Shown in pieces: positions 46,201-55,200 of a stretch of DNA of 64,000 nucleotides. The position numbers and the translations under genes were made by a program. Below the pieces are notes generated by a model, which worked only from the letters and a program-made list of their open reading frames with translations, made no database searches and was not told where the DNA came from. The stretch is from a virus: positions 79,800 to 143,799 of the IMG/VR virus record IMGVR_UViG_3300033273_000282; one strand, 5' to 3'. How positions within the stretch are numbered: position 1 is the first letter of the stretch; the number at the start of each line of letters is the position of its first letter.

Positions 46201-47591
46201 ACGCTAAAGTTGGTGGCACTGGATATAACCTGCCAGGTAACGATAGATTCCTGCTGTTCCTCAACTCTCACATTCAGGAACTGGGTGTTTCCTACTCCTA
46301 CACAGGAACTCCTTCTGTAATCACATTTACAGAAGCTCCTCTGGGCAACATGGACTTCTACTGCTTCTACGTTGGTCAGTTGAGAGATCTGGATCCTATT
46401 GCTCCATTCTTCGATAATACTAGAAAAACGTTCATTCTCAAGAAGAACGATCAGCCATTCTCGCTGGAATCCGATTCACCTGCTGTTATCCCAGCAAACA
46501 ACTTGATCATCTTCCTGAATGGTGTGTATCAAGAACCAGAAGTCTCCTATATTCTTAACGGTTCCATCCTGGAATTCACCGAGGCACCAAGAGCAGGTTC
46601 TGAGTGTCTGATCTTTATCTTCACTGGTTCCGACACTGATATCACTGTTGAGGATACTTACAACAGCGTTGACCCAGGTGACCTGTTGAGAATCGATTCG
46701 GAAGGTCAAGATCGTATCTTGGCTCAAATCGCATCCTCCAGTTCGCTCGAAACATACGAGTACACTGGTCTCCAACCATCAGTTGCTTCTTTTGAGTCTG
46801 TAGTTGTTGGGGGTAAGGTTGTCAAGGTTAACATTATTGATCCTGGTGGCAACTATGAATACCCACCATTCCTCTCCTTCAATGGCGGTGGTGGCACTGG
46901 CGCTAGCGCTAGAACAGTTATTGAGCAAGGTAGCGGTAAGGTTATTGATGTAATCGACCTTAAGGGTGGTTCAAATTACATCAACGCCCCAACCGTACAA
47001 ACCTTCCATCCAGTTGCTGTCGAAAGAACGCAAAGAGATCGCGCCATTTCTAATGGTAGATTCCTCTATAGCGCAATTCTTTCTTCCTCGATTACAGATA
47101 TCGCAACTACCATTCCTTGCCAAGACTTTGGCTATGATGCTGGTGAAGGTTTCCCAAGTAACGGTGAAATTATGATCCCTTACTGGAATGGTAGCAATTG
47201 GAGTGTTGAAAGAATTCTTTATGGTACTGTTGATTACAATGCTAATACATTCACAGTAACTACTAATGGTAGAGGTTATAAGCGCACTGGTCCTAGCCTG
47301 GGTGTTGGTCACAATATCAGCATCGAGAATGGCACATGGAGCGCAAATGGTGTTGTAGTTTCTGTAAGCATGTCTAATGATCACCATCTCCAGACTGGTA
47401 TGGAAAGGTACATTAAGTTTACCTCTGGTGGTGCTGTACCTGGAGGTGGTGGTGCTACTTACAGTAATCTTGACGGTGTATACAAAATCACCAGAACAGG
47501 AGATCAAACCTTTACAATCACCACGACCGTGCCTCTCCAAGAGACTAGTCAAACACTCCAGATTCGTCCTATCGTCAGACTCTACGCATAA
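34248..47591 (+). CDS. gp7: baseplate wedge initiator gp7 (4447 aa, many inserted domains)
   Basis: Lies between gp6 and gp8; FYAAKGT..SFKYL.RVLFG and AHPAGFKVLG motifs. Confidence 0.88.
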   Translation: MAVERSSWRVASWQTPSTQVGVSPIDATVSPEVKDRISDRVEEFLPQFIREDYPDFIQFLKYYYRSQELKGNPLDIIGNFDDYYNIDNLNDLVESTVTSGSVSIDASIIDVQNTKDFPSEGLILIDEEIIYYREKTNTQFRGCVRGFHATTNIGLIKEYTFAESEPAEHTFQSEVINLNNFFALFILERFRTQFSESFPNKFADGIRDSSVTKRLKDFYAAKGTSRSFKYLMRVLFGVESTILYPKDRIFKPSDAYYSTREIIRAKAISGNPVELTGEVLYQDADPNDPNVGNARIYVKTVVEVFTEDGKIYELDVDTENGTGSFTTPYKTILAEDTSSNLSQDFITVDSTLGWPETKGSFRINNEVFEYDEKTVTQFLGVTRARQDTLAANHLAGSEVISAFGIYGYSNVDGSRIDIAVFGGTRGVNLTNGGKYYVQDSKVTTPAAPGFDSLDPIWSSFIYNVRKLLTGTKIELSSPDSQGRVEALITTSKPHGLRRDDKVVVLNAPEDVYNREFIVVGTANDTQFTVRLPVIPIAGVNVDFLVTREFAKSSSTDTSINLNIKDVPADIQNTYRSDTHAIVASSGLPSHQIGPFAQGIDLDPGNQRYLKRIPLTTLTKSTKTPTPVGQVGIGVNGVPFFSYKSEDFRLYGGVKEISVINAGDGYDITNPPIVEFEQLWKPGTNYFLNQRVRNSVGNRYKNLGSGKSAERGTEPTATDGSLTVDGSCLWELEGVSAEATVSVSGRVFAINVTNGGQNYTTAPTVSISGGNPTVQAAATATITSGVVTAISVTAEGSGYTSVPVVTLSGGGGSGATAEAVVRGGLEADGITITNPGSNYSERPSITLISGTGAVAYPSIVNGKIASIILTYGGKNYYGPPDVIITGDGVGAVAFAEIDSNTQQVTSIRVTNGGIGYTAGKTFVDIVYPGTGASFQVELPILNYNKAATPEEFGLTSAQMTAYKIADAASGVSIKGANFAVYGGEYGYMYNPKKLRFLLKDNVSDGNNSELNPTRHSPIIGWAFDGHPIYGPYGYADKENKNPFNQYKQMVSSYRLRTNRDALVQGLTDRMGTYIEDYEYVEGSGDLDRYNGRYCVTPEFPNGVYAYFCAIDGTTGNPKFPYFIGPEFYSQADSINWTGNGLQRLFTEDAVRYKAPYIAVDEAVVRRKYLGEGTEFLLAMEDATTPIVLENYANNNTEPVYIVFDDVGIGYYDYFPTIKGGKTDSLYVSATNRYFSEGIDQYLIEGAGFGYKVNDRLIFDETGTGGSGISARVGRITGETVSGMTYSVNPDTDVITATITTESDHFIKPDEFIDVTITDNYVNEDIKVKIINDKYHFSYFDATDYRQSSPGRLQQGDLTITGGQDYLNGTYNNIRLSGGSGEGAIANIIVTGGAVTNVTITDQGKNYLDNDVLTVNDAQLGGGGGSGFSIDVGEVLKTGELIDQNWTIFAGSGYTTGVYYNVPLFNGQSSGEGAEFTITVNNNQEVSSVVLTKAGSGYRAGEPLTANNLDIGNGNGFTLTPTQVSIEYTLRASAAHNLKVGDTVVITNSNPAEYDGTFVVTGTSTQRRFQFKNPTSQFVPNEAIPTTTVIYCREPNLNLINGHAYTFDTSDTSNTDRRLEFTFDKENTNIFTYKNITDVDNDPVTGQQLSTQVLIKDIPGTLFYFDINGNVDGSFFSVIQDPYIGSNTVTSVTATTVSFVLPNEPDSGYAKSNGVIYSTSSIYPSGGIASINIGDKGRNYSTLPKFTSVTRSGNGATATCTISGFVEDVAVIENGTGYESSQPPSVYCSLPDFVDLTLDKVFGTFSTGDVVTSEQVLTGDSARGKVISWDANTSTLRVQPLRNNITGATDRGFLMFNQGIAARKNVFSGPNQAEITNVVGTQATVAAIVPASGPELGTISNIAINNSGSHYRKAPTIYIDDPYYGGVKAVTITNQNTSANFQAGTYTGVTQKSVAPTGGIGVEFTVVVDAATFDITSVTVESGDEGSTYSLGDLITISGAQITGGVDGTDDFVVSVSELKFVRPAQTSTTINASIDEVKLTSAGSGYLSAPDVTISGGTGIDAVLRAEIVDESVTKIIIENAGSKFQNAPIIAIRQEIGRGASILLKSSNLGKIINLGGDNITYNYSHDRTLKPEVNTTYNLQLVRTQIVDFFTVTNGGYSFVSTPTIEFVGGGGSGFEAKVNVDNEVIQSIDVVNPGKGFSSTPDVLARVTHQFTPLTSNSTLNFPYNTKIPTGTKVTLVEVDGTLPAPLLTDTTYYAIAPTTANGLGSNQMLLATTLANAVSGSAITLTGVASVGNGGTATFQLTTTDLGDNISVTLTPASFAVGEKVYQGVSTASFNAVGIVKAWDPFGRILSVEVQSGEFELNQPVFGLETKAFGEIHDFDKADATFQVSPIATATAQFKRTTGILDLNEQRLYDSDRFQEFSYVVSSPINVKEWKNQFKKTAHPAGFKVLGTQIISQTAFKRYNASSFYNPANPDPNNWWVQRTGNEYQSFNGTTFFTPKPSASNAGKLSTIQNYFMGKPDYTASVPTNVLVEGKQLLDIQRILSAIVNKLDKIESRTITFDGSDSNVVVTASDQLAVTNHGFITGQKANYSAPADRYQDARELILQNIDYIIDQSVQYLEAQYPALTDGTKPDYDRTICARDLRLVVVAWCNDLRFGGNAFTWDAVQEYIGGVGTIGNRYANARQSILDNKKLIAEEAVGRMLADPNNIAFTVPTGNNQDCIDDVIDVLEALAYNLSFGGNSEVYDAANLYITGAHVSGEETQTVEVFNYARDMAIQAMQNYPINPTYTGESQVFDLTITKDPAGYISDRHADARDLILANKTQIAVTAVDRMLANFPVFSVPTGRTNCEDDIVDILEAVAENMSRGGNDEVWDAANYYVTGTHILGEEVESVYAVEQARDIAVLVIQNKVVSDMAGQVFDLTITDDTAPPDQPGYVKCATQVAAINTLMDMVTAAIQAPLSHLISNRTEKTGGYVASCQNVASSITSLMSIVTDAVASGANGPFANITRTVPNNSIYHIGGEEEETIVAIQYARDLAKQAVVNQLPYTDITITLDIGGCADVKSTIDTLAQVVWGGIDNPSSIPDRNPGYYPEVANSTPIGGLNAGEDYYIIRVDDDNLKLATTKANALAGTAVPLTGLSTGEKHKLIVAFDDETTDYQLRFRDAAVTPQNKNQLMVVINGIVQNPVSYSVSGSTLTFTEPPIKNSVCIIMYYQRADISGNFQLDVFGDVITSLNTTDGIYQGSGYTAGVYNAVPLINKRGNTGSGATADITITNVLDTATNVTADRFGDARVLINNNAVLIADVAVGLMNKFGTPVANRFADAATLITTNKNFIANEAVERMLLDIPYEVQSNRHFDAYNTILANKNLLAHEAYHLMSTVDFPGFTTPTGDPQDCIDDLLDIVDAVAFNVLHGANNKVWDAANYYVGTTHIDGEEQETLAAIARLEELMELAIDNQTITISGSHGYTQTIDSGITNVSGGCTNVIAGVNTLINIIELAIQTDLMTHATRTEPAAFTVPNGNINCIDDVVDVMEALSINVKYGSNSEIYDAAAYYVGTSHLDGEEIHSKYVYREATKIAKEVIDNTSVTVRGSHGIAQVTDSSITNVVGGCTNVTAAIDTLMNIIEVAIDTDSLSTFTRTAPTGFNSPGIGDAQCKSDTVDILRAVGVNVAFGGNHILWDNLDMYFNGGHVQGEEAETQYVFEEARQMVKKAINNETYETYPQYNFSTRSQYKDPSITSISGGCTNVISAIETLMDFAYTVIGQGNFNTFTRTVGQCGDGYENSPTITQSGYTAAVDGEVTAVLSAEGFIKSIAVNQAGVGYTNAPTVVIKSNSGFNATATATVSGGAVTGINVTYGGYGYDDVVVELIPNPADTITTTALASATVGRFIERLEVQLTGKDYNQAPTLTFTGGNPTTAATNPIARLTGAVTDITLVSGGSGYLNTDMLGVDAADVGGTVVNSFQVEVGTVTFDGVQTAFNAKVGGTGYNLPGNDRFLLFLNSHIQELGVSYSYTGTPSVITFTEAPLGNMDFYCFYVGQLRDLDPIAPFFDNTRKTFILKKNDQPFSLESDSPAVIPANNLIIFLNGVYQEPEVSYILNGSILEFTEAPRAGSECLIFIFTGSDTDITVEDTYNSVDPGDLLRIDSEGQDRILAQIASSSSLETYEYTGLQPSVASFESVVVGGKVVKVNIIDPGGNYEYPPFLSFNGGGGTGASARTVIEQGSGKVIDVIDLKGGSNYINAPTVQTFHPVAVERTQRDRAISNGRFLYSAILSSSITDIATTIPCQDFGYDAGEGFPSNGEIMIPYWNGSNWSVERILYGTVDYNANTFTVTTNGRGYKRTGPSLGVGHNISIENGTWSANGVVVSVSMSNDHHLQTGMERYIKFTSGGAVPGGGGATYSNLDGVYKITRTGDQTFTITTTVPLQETSQTLQIRPIVRLYA
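42042..45560 (+). repeat. six nested helical repeats within gp7 (phycobiliprotein-like)
   Basis: Recurring RxxDA..LI..N / CxxD...GGN...DA..Y / GEE / C..V...I..L segments. Confidence 0.8.
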
Positions 47592-47629
47592 AGTAGCTAA
47601 AGCTCATCCTTGAACCCGCTACACTGTAG

Positions 47630-47658
47630 AGTCTACTCCTGAATCCCTTCTTTGTCAA
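47630..47658 (-). promoter_or_regulatory. antisense sigma70-type promoter
   Basis: Minus strand TTGACA-17bp-TAGACT pointing into the gp7 3' end. Confidence 0.65.
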
Positions 47659-47659
47659 G

Positions 47660-47667
47660 TATAAATA
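47660..47667 (+). promoter_or_regulatory. T4-type late promoter
   Basis: TATAAATA before gp8. Confidence 0.8.
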
Positions 47668-47686
47668 CATCTAAAAGCTTTGTCTG

Positions 47687-49210
47687 ATGGCTCTTGTAAC
47701 CGACAAATTTAGAATCTACGCTGCCGAGGCGTTCCGAAACACCTTGGGCAGCGCAGGCACTGATGCCAACAAAGTTTACCTCTTTGTGGGTAGACCTAAG
47801 GCATGGTCTGGCAATACAGACTCACCCCCAACGGATGAGCCTATTGATTCGTTTACATACCATCGTCAGGTATACTCTGATTCGGTAGCATACAAGCGTG
47901 TAGATATTTCTGACACTGCTCTCGTTATTCCTAGAGTTGACTGGATTGATCCAACGGAAACTACTGGTGGTACTGGTCGTACATACTCCATGTACAAACC
48001 AGATTATTCACCATCAAAGACGACAGCAAATGGCGCGACCCGTTTGTATGACTCTAACTTCTATGTGATGAACTCGGACTTTAATGTCTACAAGTGTCTG
48101 TATAATGGTCAGACTCCAGAGTTCCCCAAAGGTCGTCCTTCGCTGGTAGAGCCAACTGGCACTTCGACCACGGTTATTGAAACAAACGATTCTGCTGACT
48201 ATAAGTATCGTTGGAAGTATATGTACACCATCGATGCTGACAATATTCTAAAGTTTGTTACTTCTGAGTTTATTCCTGTTCTGGAGAACCCTCTTGTAGA
48301 AGCTGCCGCAGGTGCTGGGTCTGTTGATACTATCGTTATTGAGAATGCTGGTGCTGGTTACAACAATGGTACATATACTAACGTCCCCATTCGCGGAGAC
48401 TGGGAAATCAACGGTGGATCTCAAGCCTATTGCTCCATCACTGTGATTTCTGGTTCTATTAGCAATGTTACTGTTACTCAGTCTGGATCTAACTACAGTT
48501 TTGGCACTATTGACGTTGGTCTGATTCCAAACATCGGTACTGGTGCTAACGCTGATCTAGATGTTATTATTCCTCCTAATGGTGGTCATGGTTCTGATGC
48601 CATCAGAGAACTCGGTTCTTACCGTCTGATGTTTGCTTCTAAACTTGAGACCTCTACTGCTTTTGTTGACTTCCCAACTGACCTCACATTCCGTAGAGTC
48701 GGTCTGGTCCTTAATCCATATGACTACAACACCACAACGGTGTCTTCTCAAAATACAAGATCTGGCGTAAAGGCTATGATCTTCCCACAGTCAGGAACTG
48801 GTTCTCCCAGTGGTACTTTCCAACCTGGCACAACTATTTCTCAGGCAACTACCCTAGCAAAGGGATATGTAGTTTCCTACGATTCTAATACTAAGATTCT
48901 AAAGTATTATCAAGACTCATTTGATGGTACCACTTCTGGTAATATTATTGAGTTTTCTGGTAATTATGAAATCACATCATCTGATTTGATTACTGCCACC
49001 CCTGATTCTACTTTTGGTACAGCATCTGTTCCTAAGAGCCAGATTCAGATCGGTGTTTCTGTCTATGAACTTGGTCTCTCTTTTGTAGAGGGATACGCAA
49101 ACGGTGAAGTTGAAATCAACTCTGGAGAAATCCTCTACATAGATAATAGGAACCCGATTTCCAGATCGGCGGATCAGAACGAAGAGCTCAAAGTAGTAAT
49201 TGAATTCTAA
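47687..49210 (+). CDS. gp8: baseplate wedge subunit gp8
   Basis: YLFVGRP..W, FYVMNSDFNVYKCL.N, YRWKYMYTI, C-terminal YIDNR.PISR...Q.EELKVVIEF. Confidence 0.92.
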   Translation: MALVTDKFRIYAAEAFRNTLGSAGTDANKVYLFVGRPKAWSGNTDSPPTDEPIDSFTYHRQVYSDSVAYKRVDISDTALVIPRVDWIDPTETTGGTGRTYSMYKPDYSPSKTTANGATRLYDSNFYVMNSDFNVYKCLYNGQTPEFPKGRPSLVEPTGTSTTVIETNDSADYKYRWKYMYTIDADNILKFVTSEFIPVLENPLVEAAAGAGSVDTIVIENAGAGYNNGTYTNVPIRGDWEINGGSQAYCSITVISGSISNVTVTQSGSNYSFGTIDVGLIPNIGTGANADLDVIIPPNGGHGSDAIRELGSYRLMFASKLETSTAFVDFPTDLTFRRVGLVLNPYDYNTTTVSSQNTRSGVKAMIFPQSGTGSPSGTFQPGTTISQATTLAKGYVVSYDSNTKILKYYQDSFDGTTSGNIIEFSGNYEITSSDLITATPDSTFGTASVPKSQIQIGVSVYELGLSFVEGYANGEVEINSGEILYIDNRNPISRSADQNEELKVVIEF

Positions 49211-52200
49211 ATGGCACAGAATACCAACCTTAATATCTCCCCTTATTTTGACGACTTCGACGAGGATAAGGGGTTTCTAAAGGTACTGTTTAAGCCTGGA
49301 TACCCAGTCCAAGCCAGAGAACTAACTACCCTACAATCGCTGCTCCAGAACCAAATTAACTCATTTGGTCAGGGTATCTACCGCGAGGGTAGTATGGTTG
49401 TGCCTGGGGGTATTACCCTCAATAAACAGTATCCAGTTGTACTGGTACAAAATAACTACCTCAACCTTCCCGTTGAGCTCTATAGGGAATCTCTGAATAA
49501 TAAAGTTATTAAAGGTTCTAACTCGAACATTCGTGCTAGGGTCAATTTCAGTATTAGTGCCACTGAGTCTGACCGTGGATACGTATCGTTCTACCTGACA
49601 TATCTGACAAAGGCAGACGACAATACTACTAGCGTCTTCCAGGCTGGCGAAGTTCTGACTTGCGAAGAAGATATTACTTACAGCACATCTACCATTGTTG
49701 CTGGTACACCTTTGGCTCAGTTGCTAAACTCCAACAGCACTGCCATTGCTTCTACCGCCAACATTGGTAGAGGTGTTTATTTTGTTCGTGGTTACTTTGT
49801 AACTGTACCCGAGCAAACAATTGTTCTTGATCAATACAGCAACAACCCCTCATACAAGGTTGGTCTGAAGGTTGAAGAGAGAATCATCACCGCTGACGAG
49901 GATGCCAGTCTGTATGATAATGCTATTGGCAGCACTAACTTCTCTGCTCCTGGTGCCGATAGATTCAAGATCAATCTCACCCTGATCAAAAAGGAACTCA
50001 AGGACCCTAACTCTGCTGACTTTATTGAACTTCTCCGTACCAATGAAGGTAAACTGGAGAGTAAGGTAGAGCGTAGTGACCTTAGCTACATCAATGACAT
50101 CCTGGCTCTTAGAACTAAGGAAGAGTCTGGTGACTATTATGTCAAGAGATTTAGTATCGATGTCAGAGAGAATCTGAACGATGCTTTCAATAATGGTGTC
50201 TATGAAGCAGATGCCACTACTCAAGATGGCAATGAACCATCTGAGTCTAAAATGGCAGTACAGATTTCCCCAGGTACCGCCTACATTTCTGGTTATAGAA
50301 CCGAGAAGTTATCAAATACATTTAAGGATTCTGATAAGCCCAGAACATTTACTGCTGCCGATTCCCAGTCATTTGCTTCTGATTTTGGTAACTATGTTCT
50401 GATTGATGATCTTTATGGTGGTGTTGAACTTTATGACACCATCGAGCTTCGTGATAGAATTGTAACTACCAACGGCACTGCTGCTGGTAATGTTATTGGT
50501 CTTACTAGAGTCTTGGGCTTTAGTTTTGACTCTGGTGTTAGAGATTCAACTAGCACTATCTACCGAGTTAATATCTCGGATACGACGTTGTTTACCACCC
50601 TCACCATGTCTGGTGCGGTAACTTGGGTCCAAGGAACCAAGATTGTAGGTGTCAACTCTGGCGCGTCTGGCTTCGTTAGAACTAATGGTTCTAACTCTAC
50701 ATGTACTGTCTACGGTATCACTGGCAACTTTGTTTCTGGTGAAGCTGTTAGATATGAGAATGCTACCAGCAATCTGGGTACAATCTCTTCTGTTTATGGA
50801 TATCAGTTTAGTGATATCCGTTCTATGTCCCTTAGTGGTACCTTTACTGCTAACATCCTTTTGGATGTACAAGCAACTCTTGCTGCTAATGGTCCTGTTC
50901 TGAGTGGTGTTTCTGGTGGCAATGCCACCGTCACTGCTAGTCTGTCTAATTTTACTGCTCAATTGAGAATCGGTGACATCATTAGATTCTCCAACAATAA
51001 CCAGCAGCATGTCGCTAGAGTTACCGCAGTAACTAATAACTCTAGTTTCACTATTACTAGAGAGGGTTCTACTACTCTGGCTAATGGTGCTGTAACTTCA
51101 CCAATTACTCTGACGAGACCTCAGATTCAGTTCGCTACTAAGCGTGCTCTGATTACTCCTATTCCTAAGGCTGCTGTTAAGTCTACCAGCACAAACAGTC
51201 AAGGTGCTTCTGTAACTCCTTTGGGTTACTTCCGCAAGTCTTACGTTATCCCTTCTTCGGAAATCACTAGCGGTTCGTTCTCTCTTTCTGCTGGATCTAA
51301 CCTCGTGTTTAGAGCAGCGCAAGATGCTGATGACTTCCAAATTATCGTAACCAGTGTAAGTTCTGGCAGTGGTGTTCTCGGTAACACCTACACCTATCCT
51401 AACTTCACTACATCGACAGGATCTAACTCTGCCTCCGTTTCTGTCTCTGGTCTTCCTACTACAGTAAACGGTTGTATCGTAATTGCTACTGTCTACTCCA
51501 GCAATAGATCTGCTAAGTCCAAGACCACCGAGCGTATGAAGGTGGCTCTGATTAACAGATCTTCTCAGGGTGCTGTTAATGGTCTTACCAGCTACACCGC
51601 TGGTTATGGTACTAGAGTTCAAGATCGTACCATTTCTCTCGGTTGCCCTGACGTATTCAAGGTCAAAGCAATCTACGAATCAAAGGATTCTCAAGATCCC
51701 GTTATCCCACACTTCGCATATACTAACTTAGTTGGTTCTTATGAGATTAACCAGATTTTAACTGGTGCTTCTTCTGGTGCTAAAGCACAGATTGTATCTT
51801 TTGATAGTAACTATGTTTACTTTGTGATGCTGACAGATACTTTGTTTGATAACGCAGAGATTATTACTACTCCTACAACTACTGCTCGTATTGTAGCCAA
51901 TAGCATTCAAGAAGGTAGTTCTAATGTTACTAGCGCTTTTGATCTTGATAATGGTCAAAGAGAGCAGTATTATGACTACTCTAGAATTGTAAGAAAGAGT
52001 GGTTATTCGCCTGTATCCCATAAACTTCTTGTTATCTTTGATAGATTTGTAACCACTGGTGGCGACGGTTTCTATACTGTAGATTCTTATTCTTCTGACG
52101 TTTATAAGGAGATCCCTGAGTTTGAACTTTTCTCTCTGAGAAACGTTCTGGATTTCCGTCCAATGGTCCCAAGCCAGATTTCTGGTTCTGGTACTAGACT

Positions 52201-55200
52201 GTCTCCTTTTGAACACACCTCTTCTGGTAAACTTGATTTTGATAACAGAGACTTTACTGGTAACTATGTTGGTCTGCCTGGTCAGTCTGACACTACCATT
52301 CTGTCTTATGAATATTATCTCGGTAGAACTGATAAGATCTTCATCAACAAAGATAATAAAATCCAACTCGTCAAGGGTGAGCCTGCTGAGAATCCAGTAG
52401 AACCCGCCGAGATTGAAGATGCCATGCTTTTGGCTACCATCTTCATGCGTCCATATGTCTTTGACATTGACAAAGATGTAGACATCACCCAGACAAACTA
52501 TAAGAGATATACCTTTAGAGACATTCAGCAACTTGAGACCAGAATTAAAACTCTGGAATACTATACTCAACTGTCTCTTCTTGAAACTGAAACCGCTACT
52601 CTTCAGATTAGAGATACCAACGGTCTGGATAGATTCAAGAATGGTTTCATTGTTGATAACTTTGCTTCTCTGGGAACTAGCGATACTTTCCACCCAGATT
52701 ATAGAGTCTCTATTGACTTTGAAGAAGGTCATCTGCGTCCTTCCCACTACACAACTAACGTCCCTCTGATCTTTAGCTCTAATTCCACCAACATTCAGCA
52801 GACTGGTGATATTATCACCCTGCCATATACTGATGTTGTTTTGGTTGATCAGCCATTTGCTTCTGCTCTGGAGAATGTCAACCCATTCAACGTCTTTACT
52901 TTTGTGGGTGATATTAAACTTTATCCTGAGTCCGATGACTGGGTAGATACTAAGTCACTGGCTGCTCTTCAGGGTCCAACTGTTGAAGGTAACTACCAGA
53001 CTACTCTCCGTGATATGAGAGCGGATCAAAATGGTATTACTCCTATCCAGTGGGGTTCCTGGCAGACTACATGGTCTGGTCGTATCTGGTTTACACGTCA
53101 GGTCAGCACTGGTAAAGGTAAGAACCGTAGCACTAGAACTGAGAGATTCTCTAGAGTTAGAACTGATCAGACAAGAACTGGTGTACGTTATAGAATTACT
53201 CCTATTATTGAACAGCAGTCGCTGGGCAACAGAGTTGTTTCTGTTGAGCACATCCAGAACATGCGTTCTAGAAACATCGAGTTCAAAGCAGAGAAACTCA
53301 AGCCTAAGACTCGTTTCTATGCTTTCTTTGATGGTGTTTCCGTCAAATCTTATATCACACCCAAGATGCTTGAGGTGACAAAGAATCCTAATGATGACTC
53401 CGCAACAAACAGCATCCCATTCCAAGTCGGTGAGACTGTTAAAGGTCAAACTTCTGGTTGTACGCTCCGTATTCTGGAGCCAAATAATGAGTATAATGTC
53501 AATCCATATACCAACCAGAACATCGCATCCGTCAGCGACTACACCGCAAACCTCGGTTGGATCAACCTCGACACTTCTTCTCTTGCCGCTCAAGCCCTTG
53601 GTGCTTACTCTGGTAACCCCATTGCTGGTGAAGTCCTGGTTGGACAGTCTTCAGGCGCAAGAGCCAAAGTTAAAGAAAGAAGACTTGTCACCGACAACGC
53701 AGGTTTCCTTAAGGGTACCTTCTTCATTCCAGATCCTAGCAAGTCTACCAATCCTAAGTTTAAGACTGGTACTCGTGTATTCCGTCTTTCGGATACTACG
53801 AATGATTCGCAGGTAGTTGGTGAGTCTGAGTCCAGCGCACAGACAGAATACAGCGCAACTGGTATTCTCCAAACCACTCAGGAAACAATCATCTCTGTTC
53901 GTAATGCTAAACTTGACGAAGAGAGACTGACTCAAAACAGAACTCTGTGGTCTGACCCACTGGCTCAAACCTTCCTGATTCAGGACGATGAGCTTGAGGG
54001 TGGTGTATTCCTTACTAAGATCGATCTGTACTTCCAGCAAAAGGATTCTGAGATTCCCGTTGCTATTGACATTCGTACAGTGGAAAATGGTACTCCAACC
54101 CAAACTATTCTTCCTTTCTCTAAGGTAATTAAGAAAGCAGCAGACGTTGTTACATCTGCCGATGCTTCTGCTCCAACCACATTTACATTTGAATCTCCAG
54201 TATTCATTCCTCACCAGCAGGAACATGCTATTGTCGTAACCTCTGACTCTAACCAGTTCAAGGTATTCATCTCGCTCCTGGGCGAAGATGCTATTGACGC
54301 AGCACACGCTGGTGAAAAGATCTCTGAACAACCTTATATTGGTGTACTGTTCAAGTCGCAGAACGCTTCTACTTGGACACCTTCCCAGTTTGAGGACTTG
54401 ATGTTCAAGATCTATAGAGCAGAATTCACTCTGCCTACTACACTGGCTCAGTCTCAAGTCTTCCTGAACAACGCTACTCTCGAAGAGAACAACGGTGGTT
54501 TCCTGCCACTGCTGCCAAACTCGATTGCTGTAACTGACAATCAAGCATACATTGATGTTTTCCACAGCAATCACGGAATGCAAAGTAATGCCAACTATGT
54601 GATTATAAGTGGTGTTATTTCCGAAGTTGGCAATACTGCCACAACTAGCGCAGTATCAGCAACTGCCTCCCAGATTATTGTTTCTGACGCTTCGCTATTC
54701 CACCGCTGTATCGGCGGCAATGCCACTCAAGCCGCTTCTCTGACCGCTTCCAACACTGGTCCTGGTAACGCCGCTCCTGCGGTCTCTGACACCAATCCTG
54801 GATTCATCAAGATCGATGACGAGATCATTGCTTATGAGTACATTAACAATGGTTCCCCCAACTGGGTTATCAACGTTCTGGGTCACAACTCTGGTACCGT
54901 CTCTGGTAGAAACTGGGATCCATCCTCTAACTCTGGCGGTGCTTCTGGTTCTGCTCATGATAATGGTGCTACTGTTGAGTGCTACAACCTTGCTGGTATT
55001 CCTCTTACCAAGATCAATGGTACCCACCACACCACAACCTTTGGTGGTCTCAGCACACTCAATAGTCCCCATAAGTACAGACTGAACATCACTGGATTCA
55101 AGTCCCACAAGACTATCAACGCTGGTGGTGAAAATATCCTGGCTTCCCAGAACGTTCCCTGGGATGTTCTGACACCTCAGATCCAGACCCAAATTCAGCC

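Noticed and set aside
34248..47591. Intein or intron explaining the size of gp7
   Set aside because: No splice-junction or homing-endonuclease motifs recognised; the size is explained by repeats
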